A stretch of DNA of 64,000 nt. Source: an uncultured Candidatus Saccharibacteria bacterium (GTDB taxonomy: Bacteria > Patescibacteriota > Minisyncoccia > Phycocordibacterales > JABMNX01). The notes beneath the pieces are model-generated. The model was not told where the DNA came from. It made no database searches and worked only from the letters and a program-made list of their open reading frames with translations. Below, in pieces: positions 17,216 to 27,107 of the stretch; position 1 is the stretch's first letter; every line of letters starts with the position of its first letter. Location: positions 699 to 64,698 of the forward strand of contig CAZNRH010000004.1 of the NCBI GenBank assembly GCA_964575755.1, in the 5' to 3' direction. A program made the position numbers and the translations under genes.

Positions 17216-18076
17216 ATGGAACACGAACATAATCACAAAGAAGGTCATCACAAAGAGTGTGGTGGACATTGTGGACACCGCCACGGGCACATGCCTCACT
17301 TACACCACAAAAAGATGCGCGTTCTTGCGCCTGTTGTGCTTGCACTACTCTCACTCTTTTTAGTATCTATTACTATCACTGAAGTAAAAAACTGGAAATA
17401 TATGGGTTCAGGGATTGCGCCGACAAACACAATCACCGTGCAAGGTGAGGGTGAGGTATTTGCTATACCAGACACAGCGACATTTTCTTTCTCAGTTATA
17501 AAAAAAGGTGAGACAGCAGAGGTTGTGCAGAACGGTGCTGCTGAAATATCTAATAAGGTCATTGAGTACTTAAAAGAAAAGGGAATTGAGGAAAAAGATA
17601 TCAAGACTACCTCGTATAATGTGTATCCGCGATACGAATACGAACAGCGTGTTTGTATTACATATCCGTGCGACAGGGGTGACAGGATATTGATAGGCTT
17701 TGAAATAAATCAAAGTGTGCGGGTTAAGGTTCGGGATATTAGTAAAGCTGGCGAACTACTCTCAGGCATCGGAAGTTTTGGTGTAGAGAGAATTAGTGGT
17801 TTGTCGTTTATTATTGATGATGAAGATGGGTTGAAGCGTGAAGCAAGGCAGATAGCAGTTGCCGACGCTAAAGAAAAAGCAGAAGCTTTGGCCGCTGATT
17901 TGGATGTGCAATTAGTTCGCATTGTTAACTTTAATGAATTTGGTTCACCAAGATTTGCTAAGTTTGAAAGTATGGCACTTGGGGTTAATGATGGAGGTGG
18001 ATCAGTGGTACCTGACATTCAAGTAGGGGAAAATAGTATAACATCTAGCGTGAATATCACGTACGAAATAAAATAA
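17216..18076 (+). CDS. SIMPL/DUF541 domain protein with a His/Cys-rich N-terminus
   Basis: ITVQGEGEV...PD.A, GI.EKDIKT, AR..AV.DA..KA..LA motifs. Confidence 0.88.
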   Translation: MEHEHNHKEGHHKECGGHCGHRHGHMPHLHHKKMRVLAPVVLALLSLFLVSITITEVKNWKYMGSGIAPTNTITVQGEGEVFAIPDTATFSFSVIKKGETAEVVQNGAAEISNKVIEYLKEKGIEEKDIKTTSYNVYPRYEYEQRVCITYPCDRGDRILIGFEINQSVRVKVRDISKAGELLSGIGSFGVERISGLSFIIDDEDGLKREARQIAVADAKEKAEALAADLDVQLVRIVNFNEFGSPRFAKFESMALGVNDGGGSVVPDIQVGENSITSSVNITYEIK

Positions 18077-18097
18077 AGAATACTTACTCTGTCGAAA

Positions 18098-18140
18098 GGC
18101 CATAAGAAATGCCCCAGGTACTTGGGGCATTTCTTATGGC
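18098..18140. terminator. Long inverted repeat, probable terminator
   Basis: GCCATAAGAAATGCCCCA...TGGGGCATTTCTTATGGC after the SIMPL gene. Confidence 0.65.
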
Positions 18141-18199
18141 TTGAAATAAGGGTTTGGTAGCTTGACGTACGTGTGTAATAGTGAGCCTAGGAGGGCATC

Positions 18200-18931
18200 A
18201 TGAATAGCTTTAAAGCTTTAGCACAACAACTGGTTCTTTGGGAAAAAGCTCCCAAGGATGCGACAATGAAAGAATGTCGTGCTTTCGCAAAGAAGTACGG
18301 CCTCGAAATCCCAGTAGGGCTTCCGCAAAGCAAGGAAGCGTTTGTGGCGATGTTCGTCGTTTGCCACGTAATTGTAGACGGATGGAGGGATGAAAAGTTT
18401 ATCCTTAAAGATTTTCCGTCGCTTAGTCACGAACATCGAATTTCACTCTTTGCGTATCGCAACGAGCTCGACGACAAACGGCATGCGAAAAAGGTCAGTA
18501 AGAAGAAGCCTGATCTCAAACTTGTTTCTTCCGCCAGCGCACCGCCGGATGACTCGGAGGAACTTCCGCTTCCAACAAACCCAAAGACAAGTAAACCGTT
18601 CAAGGATGAAGGGGAGTGGTGTGCACATAACGCTGCTGCCGAGAAGAAATTCGGTTGTGAGAAAGCCTGGGGAAAACACTCTAGCTCAAAGCCGAAGACG
18701 AAAAAACCTGCGACGCCACAAACGTGGTCAAAGCAGTTTGCTTCAACGGAAGCTTGGCACGCTCATAACCAAAAACTCTTCGAGGAGTTCAAGGTGAAGA
18801 AGGAAGCAGTGGCAAAGAAGCCCTGCAAACCTCAAAGACCGAAAGTTTCTTTCGAAGAAGATCTTCAGGCATCCTTGGAGGCAAGGAACATGCCGAGAGT
18901 TACTTCAGAAGCGCATGTTGGTGCTTCGTAA
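18200..18931 (+). CDS. Hypothetical Lys/Pro-rich orphan protein
   Basis: 243 aa; AGGAGG upstream; visibly more GC-rich than neighbours; own terminator at 18946-18980. Confidence 0.7.
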   Translation: MNSFKALAQQLVLWEKAPKDATMKECRAFAKKYGLEIPVGLPQSKEAFVAMFVVCHVIVDGWRDEKFILKDFPSLSHEHRISLFAYRNELDDKRHAKKVSKKKPDLKLVSSASAPPDDSEELPLPTNPKTSKPFKDEGEWCAHNAAAEKKFGCEKAWGKHSSSKPKTKKPATPQTWSKQFASTEAWHAHNQKLFEEFKVKKEAVAKKPCKPQRPKVSFEEDLQASLEARNMPRVTSEAHVGAS

Positions 18932-19061
18932 GCTTTTCAATTTGGCGGGTTCTGCGTATGCAGAACCCGCTTTTTCTTTTTTGACTTTTTGTGTGTATGT
19001 GCTAGTATATTGGAATCACCCCGAGAGGGGTTTTTTGATAAAAATTAAATTATTAAACTTT

Positions 19062-19244
19062 ATGAAAAGACTTTTTCAATACATACGAGACACAAAAGGA
19101 GAACTAAAGCATGTGTCGTGGCCAACTACTAAGCAGACAATAATTTTCACAATATTGGTGATTATAATCTCACTGTTTATTGCTGCTTTACTTGGATTCT
19201 TTGACTTTATTTTTACTGGTCTTCTTAATAAGTTCTTTATTTAA
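19062..19244 (+). CDS. secE: Preprotein translocase subunit SecE
   Basis: ELKHVSWPT plus TM; directly upstream of nusG. Confidence 0.93.
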   Translation: MKRLFQYIRDTKGELKHVSWPTTKQTIIFTILVIIISLFIAALLGFFDFIFTGLLNKFFI

Positions 19245-19246
19245 TT

Positions 19247-19792
19247 ATGGAAAAACAAACAGGGAGCAAAGAGCGTCACTGGTATGCTATTCATACATAC
19301 GCAGGATATGAAAATGCAGTGTTGAGGAACCTTAGACAACGTATTGATTCTCTTGGTATGGAAGAAAAGATATTTGATGTAGTCGTACCAACTGAAAAGA
19401 AAGTGAAAATAAAAGGAGGAAAGAGGGTTGAAGAGGATGAAAAGATTTACCCAGGATATATTCTTGTCGACATGATTGTGACTGATGACTCTTGGTATGT
19501 TGTTCGTAACACACCGCGAGTGACTGGGTTCGTCGGCTCTGGAACACAGCCAGTACCCTTGACTCAAAAGGAAATTGACGAACTCTTCTCACGAATGAAC
19601 TCAGAGACAGTGAAGCACAAGATTGACCTTACTATTGATGAGGTTGTTTCAATCGTTGACGGTCCGTTTAAAGAGCTCGAGGGAAAGATAGGGGAGATTG
19701 ACGAAGAGAGAGGAAAGGTTAAGGTATTGGTACCTATGTTTGGTCGCGAAACACCGGTAGAGCTCGACTTCTTGCAGGTTAAGAAAATATAA
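19247..19792 (+). CDS. nusG: Transcription termination/antitermination factor NusG
   Basis: WYAIHTYAGYE, YPGYILV, VRNTPRVTGFVG and KOW DGPF..FGRETPVEL motifs. Confidence 0.98.
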   Translation: MEKQTGSKERHWYAIHTYAGYENAVLRNLRQRIDSLGMEEKIFDVVVPTEKKVKIKGGKRVEEDEKIYPGYILVDMIVTDDSWYVVRNTPRVTGFVGSGTQPVPLTQKEIDELFSRMNSETVKHKIDLTIDEVVSIVDGPFKELEGKIGEIDEERGKVKVLVPMFGRETPVELDFLQVKKI

Positions 19793-19810
19793 GTAGAATA
19801 AACAACTATT

Positions 19811-20233
19811 ATGGCAAAGAAAATAATGAGAAAATTAAAGTTGCAAATTCCGGGAGGAAAAGCTACACCAGCACCTCCAGTAGGAACTGCGCTTGGTCCA
19901 GTGGGAATTAACATTGGAGAGTTTGTGAATCAATTTAATAGTCAGACTAAAGAGCGGGCGGGGGATATAGTACCAGTAGAGCTTACTGTATACGAAGACA
20001 GAACCTTTGATTTTATTCTGAAGACATCTCCAGCATCACGTCTACTCCTTAAGAAGCTTGGAAAGCCAAAAGGCTCAGGAAAGAACCTTGTCAGTAAGAC
20101 AGGAACTCTTACCATGACTCAAGTTAAAGAAGTAGCAGAAGAAAAGATGCCAGACTTAAACACTAACGATGTTGAACAGGCTGCAAAGATAATTGCAGGT
20201 ACAGCGAGGTCTATGGGGATAGATGTGAACTAG
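19811..20233 (+). CDS. rplK: 50S ribosomal protein L11
   Basis: [20 protein letters not shown] and [10 protein letters not shown] motifs. Confidence 0.98.
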   Translation: MAKKIMRKLKLQIPGGKATPAPPVGTALGPVGINIGEFVNQFNSQTKERAGDIVPVELTVYEDRTFDFILKTSPASRLLLKKLGKPKGSGKNLVSKTGTLTMTQVKEVAEEKMPDLNTNDVEQAAKIIAGTARSMGIDVN

Positions 20234-20462
20234 TGAACATTTATCGACCTTGCGTGGCATTTTGTGAGTGAAACGAGACAAAATACCCGCAAGGTGTACA
20301 GTCCCTGTAAGGGATAGAAGTAGAAGGAAAGTAATTGGCTGTATAATATTGAAGCAAATCCCTCTGATTTCTATGAAATCAGAGGGATTTGCTTTCAAGT
20401 GTCTATATGTGGTAGTTTTTCCTTAGATTAACTTAGTTCACAATTATTTAGAGGAAAATAAA

Positions 20463-21257
20463 ATGAAGCAGTATCTTGACTTACTGGGCCATATTATGAC
20501 AACTGGAGTCACTAAAACGGATCGCACAGGTACAGGCACGCGTAGTGTGTTTGGATATCAGATGCGGTTTGATTTAAGTGAAGGGTTTCCAGTACTTACC
20601 ACAAAGAAATTACACCTAAAATCAATAATTCATGAGTTACTTTGGTTTCTTTCCGGCGATACGAATACCAAATACCTCAAAGATAATGGGGTAAAAATCT
20701 GGGACGATTGGGCTGATGAAAATGGTAACTTGGGACCGGTGTACGGTTCACAGTGGCGTTCATGGCCTGTTGCAGGCGGAGAGCCTATCGATCAGATTAC
20801 TAATGTTATCAATCAAATTCATAAAACCCCAGATTCGAGAAGGCTTATTGTTTCCGCATGGAACCCGGCAGAGATTGATAACATGGCGTTACCGCCATGT
20901 CATCTGTTATTTCAATTTGGGGTCGCAGATGATCGCCTAAGTTGCCACCTTTACCAACGTTCATGTGACACATTCTTAGGGGTGCCGTTCAATATTGCGA
21001 GTTATGCGCTTCTGACTATGATGGTCGCACAGGTAACTGGGTATAAACTCGGTGACTTTGTGTGGACTGGTTGTGATGTGCATCTCTATTCGAATCATTT
21101 CGAGCAAGTGAAAGAACAGCTTTCTCGTACTCCGCTACCACTTCCTTCGATGTCCATTAATCCTGACGTCGATGACATTTTCGGATTTGTGTATCAGGAT
21201 TTCGAGTTGTTGAACTACGAGGCACTTCCGCACATCCAAGCGCCTATTTCGGTGTAA
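20463..21257 (+). CDS. thyA: Thymidylate synthase (canonical 264-aa type)
   Basis: [36 protein letters not shown] and D.HLY.NH motifs. Confidence 0.97.
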   Translation: MKQYLDLLGHIMTTGVTKTDRTGTGTRSVFGYQMRFDLSEGFPVLTTKKLHLKSIIHELLWFLSGDTNTKYLKDNGVKIWDDWADENGNLGPVYGSQWRSWPVAGGEPIDQITNVINQIHKTPDSRRLIVSAWNPAEIDNMALPPCHLLFQFGVADDRLSCHLYQRSCDTFLGVPFNIASYALLTMMVAQVTGYKLGDFVWTGCDVHLYSNHFEQVKEQLSRTPLPLPSMSINPDVDDIFGFVYQDFELLNYEALPHIQAPISV

Positions 21258-21265
21258 GATGGGTA

Positions 21266-21304
21266 AAAAAGGGGTTTGGCGAAAGCCAAACCCCTTTCTT
21301 TTTT
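21266..21304 (+). terminator. Rho-independent terminator after thyA
   Basis: AAAGGGGTTTGGC-GAAA-GCCAAACCCCTTT followed by a T-tract. Confidence 0.8.
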
Positions 21305-21427
21305 AAGCCAAACCTGAACAACGTTGCAATAATAGATTTTTTTGAAGTAAAATGCAGGAGTTTTTATAGTATATTTACGCACTTGTCCAGTCTTTTAAAT
21401 GTTTCTTACATTAGGTATACTCTCTTA

Positions 21428-22108
21428 ATGGCATTATGTGAAATTGAAATAAAGAGCCTTTTAGGTTCTACAGAACGTGCGCAAGAGGTAAAGGATAGGT
21501 TGTGTGAACTTAATCCAGGGACGAAACTAAGCACTAAAAACAAACAACTTAATCATTATTTTCTCGGTGGAGACGTATCTAAGTTCGATGATGCGCTTTT
21601 ACCATTATTTACAGAAGAGAAACAGAAGGATTTTAAAGAAATAATCGAAAAAGGTTCTGACTTCTCAATACGTACACGTTTAATTGATGATGAAGAACTT
21701 ATTTTTGTAATTAAAGCATCTTTGGACGAAGGAAGTAGTCACAATACAGTTTCACGAATGGAATTTGAGTCAGTTATTACAGGTATGTCACTTGATGAGT
21801 TAGATAGGTTGATTTTAGATACAGGGTTTGAATATCAGGCAAAATGGTCACGAGAAAGAGAAGAATATAAAAGTGGGGAGATTACTGTGTGTTTTGATAA
21901 AAATGCAGGATATGGGTACTTAGCGGAATTCGAAAAAGTCATAAGTGACGAATCTTTAATTGAATCTACCCGTAAAGAATTATATGATTTTATGCAACTA
22001 CTTGGTGTAGAAGAGCTTTCTCAGGAAAGACTAGAGCGTATGTTTGCACATTATAATAAGAATTGGCCGAATTATTATGGAACCGATAAGGTTTTTAATA
22101 TAGAATAG
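21428..22108 (+). CDS. CYTH / triphosphate tunnel metalloenzyme
   Basis: EIEIK (ExExK), IRTR, R.E.E, R.REEY and GYLAEFE motifs. Confidence 0.8.
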   Translation: MALCEIEIKSLLGSTERAQEVKDRLCELNPGTKLSTKNKQLNHYFLGGDVSKFDDALLPLFTEEKQKDFKEIIEKGSDFSIRTRLIDDEELIFVIKASLDEGSSHNTVSRMEFESVITGMSLDELDRLILDTGFEYQAKWSREREEYKSGEITVCFDKNAGYGYLAEFEKVISDESLIESTRKELYDFMQLLGVEELSQERLERMFAHYNKNWPNYYGTDKVFNIE

Positions 22109-22109
22109 T

Positions 22110-22670
22110 ATGTTTTTATCTGACGTAGACATCAAAAAAGCAATTAAAGAAGAAAAGATCGTTATTAGTCCGTTTAATGAAAATCAGCTGCAGATGGTTA
22201 GTTATGACGTTCGATTGAGTAATGAATTTCAAGTCACCGATCGTCACAACATTGATTTCGTCGATCCTGCAAAAAAGAAATACCCTAAAACGCGAACCAT
22301 TTCTATTTCTGATGGAGATGAATTTATTCTTCACCCTGGAGAAAATGTACTTGGAAAGCAAATAGAGTACATTGGTTGTGATTTAGACCATCTTATTTTA
22401 CTTTCTGGTAAAAGCAGTCTTGCTAGAGCTGGACTTGTTGTACACAATACAGCAATGCTTTTTAATCCTGGACACTATTTCTACCCTACATTTGAATTAG
22501 TAAACACAAGCAATGTGCCTATTGTACTTAGGCCAGGGATGGAAATTGCCCAAATTCTTTTTGCCCGCTTAACAAGCTCTGCTGGAAAGGGATATAAAGA
22601 TGTTGGTCGTTACAACAAGGAGAATTCAGACCATTTTGCTGAAAAGAAACAGAGCCCTAAACACAAATAA
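22110..22670 (+). CDS. dcd: dCTP deaminase
   Basis: LSD.DI, SYDVRL, GKSSLARAGL.VH, E..N and PGM.IAQ..F motifs. Confidence 0.9.
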   Translation: MFLSDVDIKKAIKEEKIVISPFNENQLQMVSYDVRLSNEFQVTDRHNIDFVDPAKKKYPKTRTISISDGDEFILHPGENVLGKQIEYIGCDLDHLILLSGKSSLARAGLVVHNTAMLFNPGHYFYPTFELVNTSNVPIVLRPGMEIAQILFARLTSSAGKGYKDVGRYNKENSDHFAEKKQSPKHK

Positions 22671-22674
22671 AAAT

Positions 22675-24195
22675 ATGGTTGATGATGTATACATTAAATC
22701 ACTCACTGATGCCGGTTGGCCACAGGAATTTAATGAGAAATTACACACCAGTAATCTAAAGAGCAGTGTTGGTATTGCGACACTTTGGACTTATAAAGAT
22801 GTTGTATGTAAGGATCTGGATCCTGATAGTTATGTCGTAGTTGGACAATTCTACGATAGGCGTAACGCATTAGACCCGTTTTTACGTAACTGTCTCGCGA
22901 ATCCAAACATTCGTCACATTATTTTACTTGGTAATGATAAAGCTAATAGTCGTGAAGTTCTCGTTAATTTTTTTGACAAAGGTATCAATGAAGGGAAAGT
23001 GATAGGGACTGACTGCACTGTATCAGAACTTATTCCACTTGAAGATATAGAAATTTTACGTAAAAATATAACTTTACATGACCTGACTGATGAGATAAAA
23101 GACCTTGATGACTCAAAGGAGTATGCAAGGGTTATTAATGCTATTGTAAAAACTGTTACAGACTCAAAGCCATACGCTGAGCCGAAGTTATATGAAAAGC
23201 CAGAGATTGCTACTGACAGTTTCCCGTCAGAGAAAATCGGTTTCGTAGTTCGCGGAGAAAGGGTTGGGGAAACTTGGCTCAAAATACTCCGTACGGTATA
23301 CGATTATGGAACCATGGTCAAAATGAAATCAAAGGATTCTACAAAAGTACGCATGAGTCAAAATCTTATGGTTGTTATAGATGGAGAGGATCCAGATGAC
23401 CCTCAGATGGAGGAATATTTTCGTTTTGATAAGCCATATCTTAAGAGTTATTACGATGAAATTTGTACTGATAAAATTCCAGAAGGAACGCTTTATACTT
23501 ACGGCTCTCGTTTGCGTGGATGGGAAGGTAAGGGAGGCGAAAAGATCGATCAAATTGCTGACATTATTTCATACCTTAAAGAAGATCAATATCGTGCCTC
23601 TACAATAGCACAGACATGGATAGTTGAAGATGAACTTACAAGACGTATTTTAAATAAAGATAAAAGCAGTCCTTGCATAGTTCTCGTACAAGCGTATGCA
23701 CCAGAGGATAAACTTACACTTACTGTATATTTCCGAAGTAACGACATGTTTCGTGCATGGCCACTAAATGCATTTGGTCTATTAAAACTCCAGAAAGTTA
23801 TTGCTGAAGGGCTTGGTTTAAAGATGGGAGCACTTACGATTATTTCATGTAGCGCTCATATATATCAAGACAACTTTGGAGATACTAAAGATGTTTTAGA
23901 CAAATATCACAAAAACACGAATTGTTTCTTTGATCCACGTGGTTACTATGCAGTTAGTCTTAATTGTAATGAAATTAAAGTACAACATTTTTCGCCAAAT
24001 AGTCAGTTACTTAAAGAATATTCAGGGACTAAAGCTCGTGAAATTAATGACGAGATTAATAGTAGTCAACACCCATTTGACTCATACCACTCTTCTTATC
24101 TTGGTGAAGAGCTGATGAAGGCAGAGACAGCGCTTAATCTTAGTATTTCGTATACTCAAGATGGAGACCTTGATTTATCGTCATTTATAAAGTAA
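22675..24195 (+). CDS. Fusion: MtrA-like N-terminal domain, archaeal-type thymidylate synthase and DUF4346-like C-terminal domain
   Basis: N-term TLW...RNCLANPNIRHIILLG; core YTYGSRL, PC, RSNDM..AWP.N, SAHIY; C-term DPRGYY...H..YLG.EL.KAE.AL....Y.QD. Confidence 0.8.
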   Translation: MVDDVYIKSLTDAGWPQEFNEKLHTSNLKSSVGIATLWTYKDVVCKDLDPDSYVVVGQFYDRRNALDPFLRNCLANPNIRHIILLGNDKANSREVLVNFFDKGINEGKVIGTDCTVSELIPLEDIEILRKNITLHDLTDEIKDLDDSKEYARVINAIVKTVTDSKPYAEPKLYEKPEIATDSFPSEKIGFVVRGERVGETWLKILRTVYDYGTMVKMKSKDSTKVRMSQNLMVVIDGEDPDDPQMEEYFRFDKPYLKSYYDEICTDKIPEGTLYTYGSRLRGWEGKGGEKIDQIADIISYLKEDQYRASTIAQTWIVEDELTRRILNKDKSSPCIVLVQAYAPEDKLTLTVYFRSNDMFRAWPLNAFGLLKLQKVIAEGLGLKMGALTIISCSAHIYQDNFGDTKDVLDKYHKNTNCFFDPRGYYAVSLNCNEIKVQHFSPNSQLLKEYSGTKAREINDEINSSQHPFDSYHSSYLGEELMKAETALNLSISYTQDGDLDLSSFIK

Positions 24196-24215
24196 TTAAA
24201 AGATAATATTGATTA

Positions 24216-25274
24216 ATGATTTCATACGTTGTTGATTTTGTGAAAAAATATAAACAGCATTTGCCTGCGGTGGCGCTTGTCGCTGGTCTTGTGTGGGATT
24301 CGATTACGCTTGGGCGTCCTGATCAGCTTTATGGAAATATTGTACTTTTGACGTATTTACTTATCGCGGGATTCTGTATTGCACTGATGGCACACAGGGA
24401 AGTGCTTAAGAAAAAGTCAAAGATTTGGCTCTCTCTTATTGTGCAATTTGCTTTTGGTAACCTTACAGGTGGACTTCTGGTGTTGTATATTGGAAGTGCA
24501 ACTCTTGCTCAAAATTGGCCGTTTCTTTTAATACTCGCAGGGCTACTTGTTGGAAATGAAATATTTAAGTCTAGATACAGGAGGGTGCAGTTTAATATTT
24601 TAGTTTATTACTTACTCGTCTTTTTGTACTCGATTTTAATCGTACCTGTTGTTTTCCGCTCTATTGAATCATGGACATTTTTGGTAAGTGCTCTCCTTAG
24701 TATTGTTGTCATAAGTTTGTTCTTATACATAATTCGACTTGTGGCGAAAAAAGTATTTAAGCAGAGCAAGAAGATGTTTAAAATAGGTATTTTCTCAACA
24801 CTTTTTATTTTTTCAATCTTTTATTATTTAAACATTATTCCACCTGTCCCACTCGCTGTCCGCGACGTTGGCATCTTTCATTCAGTTGTACGCTCTGGCG
24901 GTGACTATTTTGTTACTTACGAAGAAGGTGCTTGGTATAAATTCTGGTGGAAGTCTGACTCTACTATATATCTTAAAAATACTAATACGGCTTCTTGCTT
25001 CAGTTCTGTTTTTGCTCCTACGGAATTAGAGACCCCAATATTTCATGTGTGGGAGATGTACGATAAAAATTCCGGTATGTGGGAAGAGCGTGGCAGGTTT
25101 AACTTTCCTATTGTTGGTGGCCGTGTAGATGGATATCGTGGATACAGCGAGAAGACTATTACAGAAGGCATGTGGCGCTGTTCAGTAGAAACAGAGCGTG
25201 GAGCACTCTTAGGGCGGGTAAGTATCGAGGCTATTTTGGACACTCCACCAGAATTCGTTACTGACTTGCGCTAG
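24216..25274 (+). CDS. Multi-pass membrane protein with C-terminal DUF2914-like domain
   Basis: About 7 TMs, IPPVPL, VFAP, GGR..GYRGYS.K and G.WRCSVET motifs. Confidence 0.75.
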   Translation: MISYVVDFVKKYKQHLPAVALVAGLVWDSITLGRPDQLYGNIVLLTYLLIAGFCIALMAHREVLKKKSKIWLSLIVQFAFGNLTGGLLVLYIGSATLAQNWPFLLILAGLLVGNEIFKSRYRRVQFNILVYYLLVFLYSILIVPVVFRSIESWTFLVSALLSIVVISLFLYIIRLVAKKVFKQSKKMFKIGIFSTLFIFSIFYYLNIIPPVPLAVRDVGIFHSVVRSGGDYFVTYEEGAWYKFWWKSDSTIYLKNTNTASCFSSVFAPTELETPIFHVWEMYDKNSGMWEERGRFNFPIVGGRVDGYRGYSEKTITEGMWRCSVETERGALLGRVSIEAILDTPPEFVTDLR

Positions 25275-25317
25275 ACAATGTTAGCGGTATTTTACTAATT
25301 TCGCTATACTCAACTCT

Positions 25318-26997
25318 ATGATTCGAGAGACTATTACAGATGTTATACAAAAAGCTCTTAAAGAGGTTGGTGTAACTACGGAAAGTACTGACTATAGTAT
25401 TAATTTGGAATACCCTGCTGATTTGAGTCATGGGGATTTTTCTTGTAATGTTGCCATGATTCTCGCGAAGAAGGAAGGTAGGAATCCAAAAGAACTAGCA
25501 GAGGAGATAGTGAAGAATATAGAAAAAATTTTGGAAATAGAGAAGGTTGAGGTGGCTGGGGCTGGGTTTATTAACTTCTATCTCTCTAAGAGTTTTTATG
25601 TTGGAAATATTAAAGATATTTTAAAGACTGAAGAAAAATGGGGAAGAAATAATTCTTTAAAAGGTAAGAAAATAATGGTGGAGTACACTGACCCGAATCC
25701 GTTTAAGGTTTTTCATATTGGACATTTGATGAGTAATACTATTGGTGAATCTATTTCAAGACTTATTGAATTTTCTGGAGCTGATGTAAAGCGAGCAAAT
25801 TATCAAGGGGACATTGGTCTACATGTTGCCAAGGTACTGTGGGCTGTGGGCAAAGAAGGATTTGATGTGCGAAGTGTTAGTGATTTGGGTAAAGCATATG
25901 CATATGGACATGATAAGTATAAGGGAAGTGAAGATGTGAAGCTTGAAATAAATGAACTTAATAAGCGTATTGTAGCCAAAGATTCTGATTTAATGGATAC
26001 GTATGAAATTGGACTTAAGACATCACTTGCTCATTTTGATGAAATATATAAAACACTTGGTACGGATTTTGACTATTCTTTTTTTGAGAGTGAGTCTTTG
26101 GAAATTGGACTACCGATGGTTGATAAAGGTCTTCTAGATGGAATTTTCGAAGAAAGTGAAGGAGCTGTTGTATTTAAAGGCGAAGAGTATGGACTTCATA
26201 CTCGTGTATTTAAGACTAAGCACGGCACTACGACATATGAGACACGCGACCTTGGCTTGCCAATACTGAAACAGAAGCAGTTTAATTTCGATATAAGCAT
26301 TACTGTGACTGCGGTTGAGCAGAAGACATATTTCGATGTTGTGTTTAAAGCTTTTTCATTACTGAGGCCTGACTTTAAAGGTGAGTTAGTTCATGTGCCT
26401 CATGGACTGATGCAATTAAGTGAAGGTAAGATGTCATCAAGAAAAGGTAACGTGATTACTGGAGAGTCACTTATTGAGCTAGTTGAAGAAGGTGCCAATG
26501 AGAGGATGAGCTCTTTTGAGGTGGATAATAAAGAAGAGGTGACAGAGCAGGTTGCCATAGCTGCAATTAAGTACGGTATTTTAAAACAGTCTTCGGGGAA
26601 AAATATTATCTTTAATAAAGACCAGGCACTTTCCTTTGAGGGTGACTCTGGTCCGTATCTACAATATACAAATGCTAGGATTCTTTCTGTATTAGGGAAA
26701 GCAAAAGCCGAAGGTGTTGTAGAGAAAGCTACTGAAAGTAATGAGGTGACTGATATTGAGAGACTACTTCCGCGTTTCAAGGATGTTATAGAAAGGGCGG
26801 TGAGTGAGTATGAGCCACACTACGTTACTACGTACTTGACTGAATTAGCTGGAACGTTTAATAGTTGGTATGGACAGACTAAAATTCTAGATGGTACTGA
26901 TGACGCTCAAGCAAAACTTGCTATAGCTCACGCTGTTTCTGTAACTCTACAAAATGGTCTGTATCTCCTCGGCATCAAAGCCCCTGAAAGGATGTAA
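25318..26997 (+). CDS. argS: Arginine--tRNA ligase
   Basis: HGDFSCN, GAGFINF, HIGH, KMSSRKG and GDSGPYLQY motifs. Confidence 0.97.
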   Translation: MIRETITDVIQKALKEVGVTTESTDYSINLEYPADLSHGDFSCNVAMILAKKEGRNPKELAEEIVKNIEKILEIEKVEVAGAGFINFYLSKSFYVGNIKDILKTEEKWGRNNSLKGKKIMVEYTDPNPFKVFHIGHLMSNTIGESISRLIEFSGADVKRANYQGDIGLHVAKVLWAVGKEGFDVRSVSDLGKAYAYGHDKYKGSEDVKLEINELNKRIVAKDSDLMDTYEIGLKTSLAHFDEIYKTLGTDFDYSFFESESLEIGLPMVDKGLLDGIFEESEGAVVFKGEEYGLHTRVFKTKHGTTTYETRDLGLPILKQKQFNFDISITVTAVEQKTYFDVVFKAFSLLRPDFKGELVHVPHGLMQLSEGKMSSRKGNVITGESLIELVEEGANERMSSFEVDNKEEVTEQVAIAAIKYGILKQSSGKNIIFNKDQALSFEGDSGPYLQYTNARILSVLGKAKAEGVVEKATESNEVTDIERLLPRFKDVIERAVSEYEPHYVTTYLTELAGTFNSWYGQTKILDGTDDAQAKLAIAHAVSVTLQNGLYLLGIKAPERM

Positions 26998-27107
26998 TTT
27001 AGTAGTAGTGGACTTTAAATATAATACGTTTTGTATGTTTACTTGAGTATGGTAGTTTTAATCTAGAAAAATTTATAGTAGAAACACTTGAGAAAGGAGA
27101 AAAAACA

